Virus record (IMG/VR): IMGVR_UViG_3300030708_003285
Coordinates: 1-39,737 of that record
Length of the DNA: 39,737 nucleotides
From: a virus
Lineage: Duplodnaviria > Caudoviricetes
Direction: 5' to 3' (one strand)
The position numbers and the translations under genes were made by a program. The notes under the pieces were generated by a model that worked only from the letters and a program-made list of their open reading frames with translations, was not told where the DNA came from and made no database searches. Numbering within the stretch: the stretch's first letter is position 1; each line of letters starts with the position of its first letter. Shown here piece by piece: positions 24,333 through 34,404 of the stretch.

Positions 24333-26052
24333 CAAGAGGATGAATAGACTATTCGCCGCTGTCGGCATGGATATGGAGAGGCATAGCACACCCTTGCCAG
24401 CGATGCCCCTCTTCACATCTGGGATACAGGAGCCTCCTCTCCTACAAGGCATAACGATACCTGCCCTCTATGCTGCTGCATACGAGTGCATGGTATTGAG
24501 GTCCATCCTCCAGCACCTATCTGTCGAGACATTCAGGAAGGGATGGGACTGGAAGCCCAAATTCGTCGTGAGGTGCAAGGAGTGTGGACAGAAGCACAAC
24601 CAAGAGGTTGAGGTATGCACAGCATGTGGTGGTGAAACAAGGAAGGCGGACAAGGGACAGATAGAGTATGCCGAGACAGTTATCGGTGGATTCAACAGGA
24701 TGACTCAATCATTCATCGATGTCCTCCGTGAGATCGAGATGGATCTCAACATAGTGGATGATGCATACATCATACTGACCAAGGAGTATTTCGTTGACCC
24801 CTCGACAAAGCAGCCCATGTTCTTCAGGATAAAGGAAGTATCAAGGGCAGACCCCATATTCATGAGGATACTCGCTGACAAAAGAGGAGTTAGAGGAGGA
24901 TCTCAATACACAAGCCTCGTTGACAGGTCATTCAGAACATCTGACCCAGATGCCAAGTGTCCCAAGAGCGGGATGCCAGTAGTTCCCATTCATTACATGA
25001 ACCTAGCAGGCGTCGGCAATGGCCAAGTATATACTGAGGGAGAGGTCATACACCTGTCCAAGTGGTCGCCATCCAAGTTGTATGGAAGGAGTCCAGTCGC
25101 AACCATGTGGAGACAGGTCAACACATTGATCGCCATGGATAACTATGTCTATACTGCATACCAGAAGAGGAGGATGCCTCGCGGCGTCATGGTCATCAAG
25201 TCGTCCAACATGGAGACTGTCGAGCGCACAGCGAGGAACATACAGGAACATCTTGAGAGGGATCCGAGTTATATCCCTACCATAGGTGTGGAGACAGAGA
25301 CTGGTCGTGGCGGACTAGAGTATGTCAGAATGATGGACACGTTGGAGGAGTTGCAATACATACCCATCAAGGATGACATACGCCAGAGAATATCAGCGTT
25401 CTATGGTGTGTCAAACGTATTCATGAACGACGTGTCTGGTGGCGGACTCAGCAATGAGGGTATGCAGATAGTGGTCAGCAACAGATCTGTATCCTATTCT
25501 CAATCCATATACAACAGGCTACTATTCCCCAAACTATTGGAGGCCTTTGGCATCGATGAGTGGGACATATCATTGACGCCGCATGAGGAAGAGGATGAGA
25601 TCATGCAGTTGAGAAGAGATGAGATGGCCATAAGGAACATGATGAGCATGAAGCAGGCTGGATACGAGGCGCATTTGAGAGATGGCGTCGATGAGAAGTA
25701 TCTCGTCTTTGAGTATCGTGAGCCATCTCAAGAAGAGATAGCCGCTGCACAAGAGGCACAGGCAGCAGCCCAGCAAGGAGGAGGTGGGGGCGAGCCCGTC
25801 CAGAAGTCTAACCTCAATGCAGCATTGGTCACTACCGCGAACAACGACCTTCCTCCGATCTCCCCCTTGACAGGATCCCAGAGGAACAGCGGGGGCAAGA
25901 TGCCCAAGAACACCAAGAGGAACGAGGGTGGACACGCCAAGAACTCGACTGAGCAGAAGGACGAGAGGACCCCTCAAGAGAAGATGGTAGATGCCAAGTT
26001 GAGAAGGGCAGGAGAAGTGGGTGAAAGGGGCTCCCCAAAAAAGGAAGGCTGA
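24322..26052 (+). CDS. Portal protein with zinc-ribbon insertion
   Basis: Position after terL; DLNIVDDAY, EVIHLSKWSPSKLYGRSP, MPRGVM and RQRISAFYGV are HK97-type portal-like segments; CKEC...CTAC insert; GGTGA SD before TTG. Confidence 0.88.
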   Translation: MADDKRMNRLFAAVGMDMERHSTPLPAMPLFTSGIQEPPLLQGITIPALYAAAYECMVLRSILQHLSVETFRKGWDWKPKFVVRCKECGQKHNQEVEVCTACGGETRKADKGQIEYAETVIGGFNRMTQSFIDVLREIEMDLNIVDDAYIILTKEYFVDPSTKQPMFFRIKEVSRADPIFMRILADKRGVRGGSQYTSLVDRSFRTSDPDAKCPKSGMPVVPIHYMNLAGVGNGQVYTEGEVIHLSKWSPSKLYGRSPVATMWRQVNTLIAMDNYVYTAYQKRRMPRGVMVIKSSNMETVERTARNIQEHLERDPSYIPTIGVETETGRGGLEYVRMMDTLEELQYIPIKDDIRQRISAFYGVSNVFMNDVSGGGLSNEGMQIVVSNRSVSYSQSIYNRLLFPKLLEAFGIDEWDISLTPHEEEDEIMQLRRDEMAIRNMMSMKQAGYEAHLRDGVDEKYLVFEYREPSQEEIAAAQEAQAAAQQGGGGGEPVQKSNLNAALVTTANNDLPPISPLTGSQRNSGGKMPKNTKRNEGGHAKNSTEQKDERTPQEKMVDAKLRRAGEVGERGSPKKEG

Positions 26053-26077
26053 TTAAGGATAGTCCGACAAGAGAGTG

Positions 26078-26428
26078 ATGAGCGACATGACTGAAGGTTT
26101 CGATATTCTAAGCAAAATGGACCCAATGGCTAGGAGGGCACTCGCTTCCATGGAAGCAATGACCAAGGCCATTGAACTGAACAACAGGGACGACATAGAG
26201 AAGCACCTTTCCTCTGCTCGCAACGCCCTTGATATATTGACAAGGGATCTCAATCTCCACGACTCGCTCGTAAAGAACCTCCCGCAGAGTGATTTTTCGC
26301 AGGTTGGAATCATAAGGAAGTTCGACAACTCCGAATCGAGCATCAATCAGGCTGATGGGGCAGTTGCTCTAGGCGTTGTGCGAGCGGGTCGATCAGATAG
26401 GATCTATCGCCCACACAATGTAGTCTGA
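26078..26428 (+). CDS. Hypothetical head-module protein
   Basis: Helical ORF between portal and protease; start 26075, 26078 or 26087. Confidence 0.7.
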   Translation: MSDMTEGFDILSKMDPMARRALASMEAMTKAIELNNRDDIEKHLSSARNALDILTRDLNLHDSLVKNLPQSDFSQVGIIRKFDNSESSINQADGAVALGVVRAGRSDRIYRPHNVV

Positions 26429-26431
26429 GGG

Positions 26432-26878
26432 ATGAACATGCAGAGAAGCGATAGAGGATCAGTTTCAGAAAGGCTCCGATCTTTGCAAATCAGGGACTCC
26501 TTAATCAGAAAGCAGGAAGAAATGCCTGCTGATGCAGATCCAGCCATGGCGTCAGTTCAAACGCAAGCACCCATGAACATGCCATCCGCTGGCCCTGCCA
26601 AGTCCCCCATCGGGATGAAGATGGATGAAATCGATTCATCGATGTCAACTCTAGCCGAGTTGATCGTCGGCGTCAATCAAGACCTATCCACAGCCTCTGC
26701 TCACAATGTCGATATGAGAGTATTGGGCTCCATGCAATCCGATCTTTTGAGACTCCAGCAATTCGTTGGACAAGGACAATCCATTCTAAGGGCACTGAAG
26801 GAGAAGCATGGCTCACTGGCACAGCATGATGTGGCAGGTATGAACGGTGGCGGCATGATGGGAATGGGAGGAATGTAA
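26432..26878 (+). CDS. Hypothetical coiled-coil head-module protein
   Basis: Tightly packed ORF with a Met/Gly-rich tail. Confidence 0.7.
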   Translation: MNMQRSDRGSVSERLRSLQIRDSLIRKQEEMPADADPAMASVQTQAPMNMPSAGPAKSPIGMKMDEIDSSMSTLAELIVGVNQDLSTASAHNVDMRVLGSMQSDLLRLQQFVGQGQSILRALKEKHGSLAQHDVAGMNGGGMMGMGGM

Positions 26879-27205
26879 ATGGGTGAAGAAAGTGACGTTA
26901 ATGATATTGTGAAGGATCTGATAGGCGAAGTGAGAAAGATGAATCAAAGGCTCCTTGCCTTGGAGAGCGAGAACAACTCCTTGAGAAAGGCAGTTCAAGA
27001 CCCCTCCATGTTGATGAGGAAGCATGGTTGGATGTCATTCACGACTCCACATGCGGATGAGACGTATGACCCCCTCAACAGGACCGTTGAGGACATGGAA
27101 TCGACCACAGGGCCATTCAGCGGGTCCGGTGGCATGATATCCAAATCGAGAGATGACGAGATCAAGGAATGGCAAGAAGCCGAGAGAATGCTGAACAACA
27201 GGTGA
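26879..27205 (+). CDS. Hypothetical coiled-coil protein
   Basis: GGAGG SD; heptad pattern; LRKA and ISKS sites. Confidence 0.7.
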   Translation: MGEESDVNDIVKDLIGEVRKMNQRLLALESENNSLRKAVQDPSMLMRKHGWMSFTTPHADETYDPLNRTVEDMESTTGPFSGSGGMISKSRDDEIKEWQEAERMLNNR

Positions 27206-27209
27206 GTAT

Positions 27210-27911
27210 ATGCGTAAGTTTGACCCGATGAACGAGACACCCCTTGGACTATTGTTGAAAGAAGTAAGGATCCTGAAAGAGAAGGTTGACAGTGATCTCG
27301 CTGACAACTATCCTCCCTATGACAAGGTGACTCGCGGAGACATCATCGCCGCTGTCAAGGGCAAGGGCAAAAGCAAGAAAGACAAAAGCAAAGTAAAGTC
27401 CAAGCCGGAGAAGGACGAGCCGGGATCCTACGTGTCTGATAGAGGTATGAAAGGAAAGGGCTCCGACGACAAGATGGGTTGCAAGATGGGAGACTGCAAG
27501 ATGGATGATTGCCCAACTTGCGGTGGTAAGAGGGTCAAGAAAGCATATGGTGATGCAGGACCTGATGTTCATAACAGTGCTACTAGATTCATGGATGTCA
27601 CTGGCGGCGAGCAGGTTCAATCCGTTGGCGGATACCAAGGAAACCAGACCATACCCAACACCAACGACGGCCCCAAGAGGTCATTCATCAGCGAGGTGGC
27701 GAAGATGCCAGCATACGCACAGACTGGATATGACGTGAACTCAAACTCACTTCACATGCACCTAACAGACGTTGGTGCAAGGAAAGGCGGACCAAACACC
27801 GCTGCTATTGAAGATGCGCTAGGATCACTCAGAAAGTCCGCGACTCATGGACAGATGGGTCTAATCGATGAGATAGGGAATCTCATTGAGAAGGTCTATT
27901 CCCGCCTATGA
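27210..27911 (+). CDS. Hypothetical head-module protein
   Basis: GGTGA SD; Lys-rich stretch, CKM repeats with CPTC, VKKA and LRKS sites. Confidence 0.7.
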   Translation: MRKFDPMNETPLGLLLKEVRILKEKVDSDLADNYPPYDKVTRGDIIAAVKGKGKSKKDKSKVKSKPEKDEPGSYVSDRGMKGKGSDDKMGCKMGDCKMDDCPTCGGKRVKKAYGDAGPDVHNSATRFMDVTGGEQVQSVGGYQGNQTIPNTNDGPKRSFISEVAKMPAYAQTGYDVNSNSLHMHLTDVGARKGGPNTAAIEDALGSLRKSATHGQMGLIDEIGNLIEKVYSRL

Positions 27912-30900
27912 GGGGTGGGTGGATGCCAAGCGAGCAAGTCAGGCTCCGAACAGATGTAGTGCTGTCAAGCGTCATGGGCATACATCCTCCATTCAGCGAG
28001 TATGTCAGGTCCCTCGATGGCAATGAGATAACGAAGCAAGACGTGGCTGTGTTGGCGACGGCTGCTCCAGAGGAGCCATCACCGTATTCGATGAAGCCTC
28101 TCAACTCCATGCTCGATCCCTCGGAGATGGTGCTGCCAGTCAACATGCAGCAGTATCTCCAAGGCCACACAAGGATATCCACCTCATATCTATCCGATTG
28201 GCCCGTCGCATCTCCTGAGAACAGGTTTGGTGAGCATCATCCATTTGGCATGAAGTCCAACTCATGCCCCTTGCTACATGGGGCAGCGCATGGTGAGCCG
28301 CATTACATCGATCACGTCATGTCGTTCATTGGGAAACTAGATGGCCACAGTGATAGGGAGAGGTCATTGAAACTGACCTTGGATGAGAAGAGGCTCTTTG
28401 GAGATCCAGTTGACTCGATGAGTGATCACTTCCAAATCGATAGGAATAGGCCGGAGGCATTCAAGTCGGACGACGAGTATATGGAGTCCAAGAGAAAGGA
28501 CCTATCAGATTCGTATGGCCTGCTTCCATATCTGTTTGGGATGGAGTTCCAGACTGCCAACCAAAGAGATGCCGCATTAGAAATCCTATCAGATCTAGCA
28601 TCATCTCCAGATCAAGACTCTGTGGAGGCAAAGTATGCCATCGGCAAGTTTCAGGAGAAAGCAGGCATAAAGTGGGATAGACTCCTTAGAAATTGGAGGG
28701 ATAGGTTCACTCCCCTTGCTGCATGGTGGATAAGACCAAGCGATAGGAGTGGTCCTACGTCTCCTGCACCGTCAGATTCCGTTTATGATACACTTACGTC
28801 ACCCTTGAGCGGCGATGAAGATGGACATAATTACCACTGGTGGGAGCCATTCCAGTATTGGGGTGGCGTGGGGAGGAGTATCCAGAGCCTGTCTCAGATA
28901 ATGAGTCAGTCCTATCCTGACATATTTGGACAAGGGTGGCTGAGAGACTTCCTCGTCAATGGCATACCTCTTGAGGGCCAGCACATGATAAGCGGGTCAC
29001 ATTTCCCTGCTAAGGCCAACATGCATCCTGATATGTCGCATGTCTTGACATCCGCATCACAGATGGATATGCATGAGTTTGAGCGCAAGAGATCCAACTG
29101 GAGCCATGCATCGAACCATCATCATCTTCACCCATCCGAGATAAACGGACAAGGCAGCAGAACTGTTCTCCCATCGGATCAGATGAGGATGAGCAGGTTT
29201 GGACGCTCGCTCATGCAGGTATCTGAGATGGGAACGCCCATGATCGGTTTGTTCAGAACTGAGCATCCGAACTCAAATGCCGATTTCCATGAGTTGCACA
29301 ATCAGCACTTCACTAATTCAGATGATGTCATGGTCAGGGCCGTCACAAAGATGGCCGCTGATGTGTATCGGCAATTCGGACCAGATGTGCTGGCTCCCGC
29401 AGACGTGCAGAACATAGATGCGAACACCGTGGCCAGAGGAAACATACAGCAGTTGGTGGCAGCAGCCAACTACCAACTGATGAGGGGCAAAGGCGAATTT
29501 GTGAACATGGACGCCGAGACGCCGATGATAGAACTCGGCATGGCAAACATGGTCCCCGGAAAGATGGGTCCTGTATCAACAAGCAGTGAGGCCGTTGTTC
29601 CTCCGATATTCAATACTGGCAACACAGATGCATGGGGGCATGAGATGCCTGCTACATTGACGTGGAAGTGGAACGAAGAAGAGGACAAGATGGAGTTCGG
29701 GGTCACTGAGCAGCCATTCACGCTGTTGCAGAGGACCGCACATGAAGGCCTAGTTTCCGCTGCTGACATATCATATGTCAATAGAACCATATCGAGCAAG
29801 AAGTCTGAGATAGGCGCTCTCGCTCCAAATGAGTATGGATACCCAACCATGACCATGGATCTCCACAAGGCCGATGACTACGAGCCGACTGGCGTCTTCA
29901 CGAAGACGATAGAGCCTGCTCATACTGTCAAGGACATCAATGACATGGAGCATCTAAAGGGATTCAGCGGCGATTGGGTTGTTCAGAAGAAACCCAAGGG
30001 CAAGCACCTCTTGGTGGAGAGGAAAGGTAGGAAGATGAAACCGACAAACCTTCCAGAGGATGTCAAGAAGTCCCTTGGAGAGATCAAAGGAGACTTCGTT
30101 TTCGATGGATACCTATCTGGCAATGTTCTCCATGTTGTTGACCTTCTTCTGCACAAGGGGACGGATATGCATATGGAGCCCCTTGAGGATAGGGTGAATG
30201 CCCTCAGGACCATGTATAACACGACGGAGAACGTGCATTTCCCATCTCCATCCAACTGCAACAACTCGGATGAGGATGGTTTGATCAAGACCATAGCCAG
30301 CATGAAGGGCGATGATCTCCTTGTCCGAGATGCCAAATCCACATTCATGAAAGGTAAGGACATTCATCCAAAGTGGGTTCTCCTTGCACAGGATGAAGTC
30401 ACCAAGTCATCCATCCCATATCCATTACCGGAGATAGACCTCCGTGAGGACGCTCTCATGTTGCACTATCCTGCCATATATGATCCAGTCATCGTCAAGA
30501 TGAACTCTGACGACAAAGGCATATACATCGAGTCGTATGATGGTATGCCTCATCTAGTCAAGAATGCAAAGGAGCAGGTATCTCTCTGGGGTCCTGTCGT
30601 TGCATCCATCATCAAAGAAGGAGGAGGAGGTGGAGCAGGTGGCGGTGGTGCTGGAGCCGCAGCACCATCCGGCGGCGGAACCCTCACGTCATCAACTCCC
30701 GGCACATACAACGCAACTCACTCGATCAGACCCATGAGGCGAAGAAAGAAGAAGAAGATAATCAAGGCCCCTGAGGTCAATGACGAGGATACGGATGACA
30801 TATCCCACATAATGTCCAGCATCAGAAGGTTCATCGATAACGAGAACAGATCATTGACTCCCAAGGAGATAATGGCCGAGTTCCCCAAGGTGACTGAGGA

Positions 30901-31321
30901 TATGCTGGACAAGTTCGCAAACGAGTATGGCATCGAGAGGGCAGAGGATGGCAAGTGGACGCTCAATGAGGCCATAGACGACGACATCATCGAGAACTTC
31001 GCATTCCCAAGGATGAACAGGGCATCTGCGGATGGAGGCGCATGGTCTGGTATGCAGGCGGACATAACAGCGCCCACTGGACCTACTCAAGTCACAGATG
31101 AGGAGAACACCACGTTCGGCAACCCAAGGCAAGGTGAATTCGATGAGAGGGAACCACTTGAGTTCAAGCCCATGCAGATGAGGGTCATGACCGATGATGG
31201 GCCCGTCGTCATCCGTTTCCAAGGCGAAACAGCGATTGTTGAGATACCACCGGAAAAAAAACCTGACATTGAGTCGGAAATCAACGTACAGGAAGCCAAT
31301 CGAGTCGATGAAGTAATATGA
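27908..31321 (+). CDS. Large multidomain protein containing an ATP-dependent ligase/capping-type nucleotidyltransferase-like domain
   Basis: WVVQKKPKG (motif I-like), FVFDGYL (III), VVDLL (IIIa), EPLEDRVNAL, LLVRD (IV), KWVLL (V) at about 29970-30390. Start may be 27923. Confidence 0.65.
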   Translation: MRGGWMPSEQVRLRTDVVLSSVMGIHPPFSEYVRSLDGNEITKQDVAVLATAAPEEPSPYSMKPLNSMLDPSEMVLPVNMQQYLQGHTRISTSYLSDWPVASPENRFGEHHPFGMKSNSCPLLHGAAHGEPHYIDHVMSFIGKLDGHSDRERSLKLTLDEKRLFGDPVDSMSDHFQIDRNRPEAFKSDDEYMESKRKDLSDSYGLLPYLFGMEFQTANQRDAALEILSDLASSPDQDSVEAKYAIGKFQEKAGIKWDRLLRNWRDRFTPLAAWWIRPSDRSGPTSPAPSDSVYDTLTSPLSGDEDGHNYHWWEPFQYWGGVGRSIQSLSQIMSQSYPDIFGQGWLRDFLVNGIPLEGQHMISGSHFPAKANMHPDMSHVLTSASQMDMHEFERKRSNWSHASNHHHLHPSEINGQGSRTVLPSDQMRMSRFGRSLMQVSEMGTPMIGLFRTEHPNSNADFHELHNQHFTNSDDVMVRAVTKMAADVYRQFGPDVLAPADVQNIDANTVARGNIQQLVAAANYQLMRGKGEFVNMDAETPMIELGMANMVPGKMGPVSTSSEAVVPPIFNTGNTDAWGHEMPATLTWKWNEEEDKMEFGVTEQPFTLLQRTAHEGLVSAADISYVNRTISSKKSEIGALAPNEYGYPTMTMDLHKADDYEPTGVFTKTIEPAHTVKDINDMEHLKGFSGDWVVQKKPKGKHLLVERKGRKMKPTNLPEDVKKSLGEIKGDFVFDGYLSGNVLHVVDLLLHKGTDMHMEPLEDRVNALRTMYNTTENVHFPSPSNCNNSDEDGLIKTIASMKGDDLLVRDAKSTFMKGKDIHPKWVLLAQDEVTKSSIPYPLPEIDLREDALMLHYPAIYDPVIVKMNSDDKGIYIESYDGMPHLVKNAKEQVSLWGPVVASIIKEGGGGGAGGGGAGAAAPSGGGTLTSSTPGTYNATHSIRPMRRRKKKKIIKAPEVNDEDTDDISHIMSSIRRFIDNENRSLTPKEIMAEFPKVTEDMLDKFANEYGIERAEDGKWTLNEAIDDDIIENFAFPRMNRASADGGAWSGMQADITAPTGPTQVTDEENTTFGNPRQGEFDEREPLEFKPMQMRVMTDDGPVVIRFQGETAIVEIPPEKKPDIESEINVQEANRVDEVI

Positions 31322-31382
31322 CAGCAATGACAACGCTGTCATGATTCCCTTGATATACCATTGAGGTAAGATGTGAGGCTCG

Positions 31383-32780
31383 ATGACCGCTATGGCTGCA
31401 CCTATGCCAACACTATCTTGGTCAGCCGTAGGTGCAGATTTCCTTCTCAAGTCCGTCGTGGGCGACGATCTCTTCGTCGCAGGCTACGCAAGCGTTGACA
31501 TGGTGGACAAGCAGGGAGACAGAATCCCAACCGCTGCCCTGAAGAAGGCATTCGGGCAGTTCATGTCCAACAAGGCATTCAGGAACGTCCAATTAGCACA
31601 CAGCGGTATTCAAGTCGGAGAGGTCGTTGACAGTCACACAGACACAGATGGTCGAATGTGGAAGTCAGAGGTTGACGACCATGGACTCTTCGTCGTTTGC
31701 AGGATACGCAGCGACATACAGAAGGCCCGTGAGGTCCAGAAGCAAATCAGGGACGGCGACCTCCGTTCCTTTTCCATTGGCGGACAAGCATTGTTCCGCG
31801 TATCAAAGACGACCCCAGAGCATGGGTCGCATCGTGAGATTACCGACCTTGAGTTGCATGAGATTACACTGTGCAAGAAGGGCATCAACCCTGAGGCGCG
31901 GTATTCGATCTTAAAGATGGATAACACAAATAATGAAACGGTGGAAAAAATGACTGAAACAGCAGAAGCATTGACAGAGATAAGAGACAGCCTCGCACAT
32001 GTCCTGAAGGCACTCGACAAGGGTGAAGAGAAAGACATGAAAGAGGAGAAAGAGATGAAAGAGATGAAAGGCATGAAAGAGGACAAGATGTATGCCGAGG
32101 ACAAAATGGACAAGTCCGAAGAGAACGTCGATGGCGCTCTTGCATACATTGACACTCTTGAGAAGTTCGTCCATGACGCAGGTGTGGACCTAGACTCCAT
32201 CCGCGAGCGGTTCGGACTAGAGAAGGCCTACATGGTCGGCGTTGACGGCGATGGTGGATACTCCCACCGTGGTCAGGGTGACGAGATCGGTAGCGGCGAG
32301 GACGCAGCAGAGGCTGCAAAGCCAGCACTACCAGCACCCGGCGGCAACCAGTACGTCATCAAGACTGGCGGCGTTCCAAACATGAACTACAACGCCCCAT
32401 CTGGAAACTCCAACGTCATCAAGGGCGGGGACGTGACCCCAGAGAGCCTTGAGAGAGGATACAGAGCATACGCAGCAATGAGGGACGAAGAGGCCCTCAA
32501 GGCAGTCGTGAAATCAGATTGGGAAGCAAGGTATGAAGCAGAGACTGCTCGCGCTGAAGAAGTGCGAAAGTCCCGCGACTACTCCGGTCAGATCGACGCC
32601 CTGAAGGCTGAGATCGCTAACCTACGCTCCGAGAGCGCAGACATCCAGAAGTCTGCCTCCGCAGTACCAGAAACAGACATCAGAGTCCCCACCAACGAGG
32701 AATTCGCCCAAATGGGTGACGGAATCGACGGATGGAGAGCCACTGAAGAACTCGCAAGGAGGGCTCTCAGAGGGGAATAA
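31383..32780 (+). CDS. Prohead (maturation) protease fused to a scaffold-like C-terminal region
   Basis: VAGYASVDMVDKQGD, QLAH (His), LRSFSIGG (Ser), LHEITLC..GINPEA; acidic coiled-coil tail with MKE repeats; directly upstream of the capsid gene. Confidence 0.9.
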   Translation: MTAMAAPMPTLSWSAVGADFLLKSVVGDDLFVAGYASVDMVDKQGDRIPTAALKKAFGQFMSNKAFRNVQLAHSGIQVGEVVDSHTDTDGRMWKSEVDDHGLFVVCRIRSDIQKAREVQKQIRDGDLRSFSIGGQALFRVSKTTPEHGSHREITDLELHEITLCKKGINPEARYSILKMDNTNNETVEKMTETAEALTEIRDSLAHVLKALDKGEEKDMKEEKEMKEMKGMKEDKMYAEDKMDKSEENVDGALAYIDTLEKFVHDAGVDLDSIRERFGLEKAYMVGVDGDGGYSHRGQGDEIGSGEDAAEAAKPALPAPGGNQYVIKTGGVPNMNYNAPSGNSNVIKGGDVTPESLERGYRAYAAMRDEEALKAVVKSDWEARYEAETARAEEVRKSRDYSGQIDALKAEIANLRSESADIQKSASAVPETDIRVPTNEEFAQMGDGIDGWRATEELARRALRGE

Positions 32781-32815
32781 ATCCCCTTCTATGGAGATAA
32801 CTAGAGGTGAATAAG

Positions 32816-33976
32816 ATGAGTGGATCAAGAGGATACATACGAACAATAGAAGACATGGAGAGGCTTTACTACGGAGCCGGAGCAGGATCGAACGCATGGG
32901 CATACAGTGGCACTGACCTTCTAAAGGCAGATTCCCCACTGGTATCGTCCACAACTGGAACTTACCAAGCCATATTTGGTCGAAAGGTGTGGTCGCAACT
33001 CAACCAAGAGTTCAACGCCTTCTCAATTCTTCCAAAGAAACCATGGGAGAAGTCGGGATGGAGAGTCGTCACAGACAAGCCCTCCTTCACGAAAGGCGGC
33101 GGTCTGCCAGAGAACGGGACTCTCCCAGAAACCAGCAAACCGACCTTCGCAGAGGTCAGCACCAAACCCAAGACAGTTGCTCACACCTTCGATCTGAGCG
33201 AGACTGCAATGTTCCTAGCCGACAAAGATGACGGTCTAGGAGATGCAAGGGCTGTCATGAAGATGGAGATGTCGAAGCACCACGCAGAACACATCAACAG
33301 GATGCTACTAGCAGACCTAGACACCCCAGCAGGAAACGACTTTGAGTCGATTGACAGGGCAACTTCCTCCGCATTCGTGGAGACTGCTTCCTTCAGCGAC
33401 GTGAGCGCAATATCTGACCACAATCAGTATAACATCACCAGAAGCACAGGCAGCACTCGCCAGTGGTATGATGCAAACGTCGATGCTGGATCAACCAGCA
33501 CTGAGAGGCCCCTAACGCTGAACATCCTTGACGGTATGTTCCGAAGCATCTGGGAGCGCGGTGGACAGCCAAAGGTTATCCTAACTGGCTACGATACGCT
33601 TGAGAAGATCCAACAACTTCTCCAGCCACAGCAGAGATTTACCGAGATGAAGAGAGTAGTTCCCGGCGTCAACGGCGTCAAGGGTGTCCCCGGTATGGAA
33701 GCAGGGTTCGTTGTAGCAACCTACAACGGCGTCCCTCTAATCCCATCCAAGGACGTTCACGCTGAGTCTGGTGGCCTATCGAGGCTTTACTTCATCGACT
33801 CTGACTACACATACTTCTGCACCGCGAAACCAACGCTATACCACGAATCCGGTATCGAGACTGGCGATCCATTCGGCATCAACAGGCTAGGACAGATGGG
33901 CATGTTCCACACAATGGGTGAACTATGGCAACTCTTCTATGGGGCCCATGGAAAGATAAGGGACTTGAGTGCCTGA
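32816..33976 (+). CDS. Major capsid protein (HK97 fold)
   Basis: GGTGA SD before ATG 32816; follows the protease; about 386 aa; KPKTVAH, NDFESIDR, GGQPKVILT and YNGVPLIPS are typical of tailed archaeal virus capsid proteins. Confidence 0.88.
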   Translation: MSGSRGYIRTIEDMERLYYGAGAGSNAWAYSGTDLLKADSPLVSSTTGTYQAIFGRKVWSQLNQEFNAFSILPKKPWEKSGWRVVTDKPSFTKGGGLPENGTLPETSKPTFAEVSTKPKTVAHTFDLSETAMFLADKDDGLGDARAVMKMEMSKHHAEHINRMLLADLDTPAGNDFESIDRATSSAFVETASFSDVSAISDHNQYNITRSTGSTRQWYDANVDAGSTSTERPLTLNILDGMFRSIWERGGQPKVILTGYDTLEKIQQLLQPQQRFTEMKRVVPGVNGVKGVPGMEAGFVVATYNGVPLIPSKDVHAESGGLSRLYFIDSDYTYFCTAKPTLYHESGIETGDPFGINRLGQMGMFHTMGELWQLFYGAHGKIRDLSA

Positions 33977-34014
33977 TTGGAGACTATGGTGGAGAAAACA
34001 AGAGGTGAAAAAAG

Positions 34015-34392
34015 ATGGCAAACACAAACTTAACAGGAAACGGAACAGTAGTATTCAACAGCCGCCTTTACGGCGGTGTTGGAAAAGACGACACAGAATG
34101 GATACAGAGCCCAATTGGAAGCAACGCAGCGACTGGCACGATCAGTCTGGCTATCGTTGATGTGGTTGTGACTGACGGCGATGCAGCCTTTGCATACGAC
34201 CTAGCACTTGCAACCAACGCAGTGTCAGGATCTGCTCTCATAGGCATCCTCGGCGCTCACAACATCACGACTGCTGGCGGAAACGCCTTCACGGTTGCAG
34301 GAAACGTATCGACCAACACGTTGCTCAAACTAACGCCAGCATCCGCTGGTCAAGACGGCGACACGGTTCGACTTACGTTCCTATACAGATGA
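34015..34392 (+). CDS. Small beta-rich virion protein (possible capsid decoration)
   Basis: GGTGA SD; Ala/Gly/Thr-rich; follows the capsid gene. Confidence 0.55.
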   Translation: MANTNLTGNGTVVFNSRLYGGVGKDDTEWIQSPIGSNAATGTISLAIVDVVVTDGDAAFAYDLALATNAVSGSALIGILGAHNITTAGGNAFTVAGNVSTNTLLKLTPASAGQDGDTVRLTFLYR

Positions 34393-34404
34393 GGTGAGCC
34401 CTAG

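Noticed and set aside
30617-30680. GGA/GGT microsatellite-like run
   Set aside because: Explained as a poly-Gly/Ala linker within the 1137-aa protein.
32771-32790. AGGGGA-ataaa-TCCCCT hairpin between protease and capsid genes as a terminator
   Set aside because: Short stem with no U-tract, inside an apparent operon; it may be a processing element but support is insufficient.
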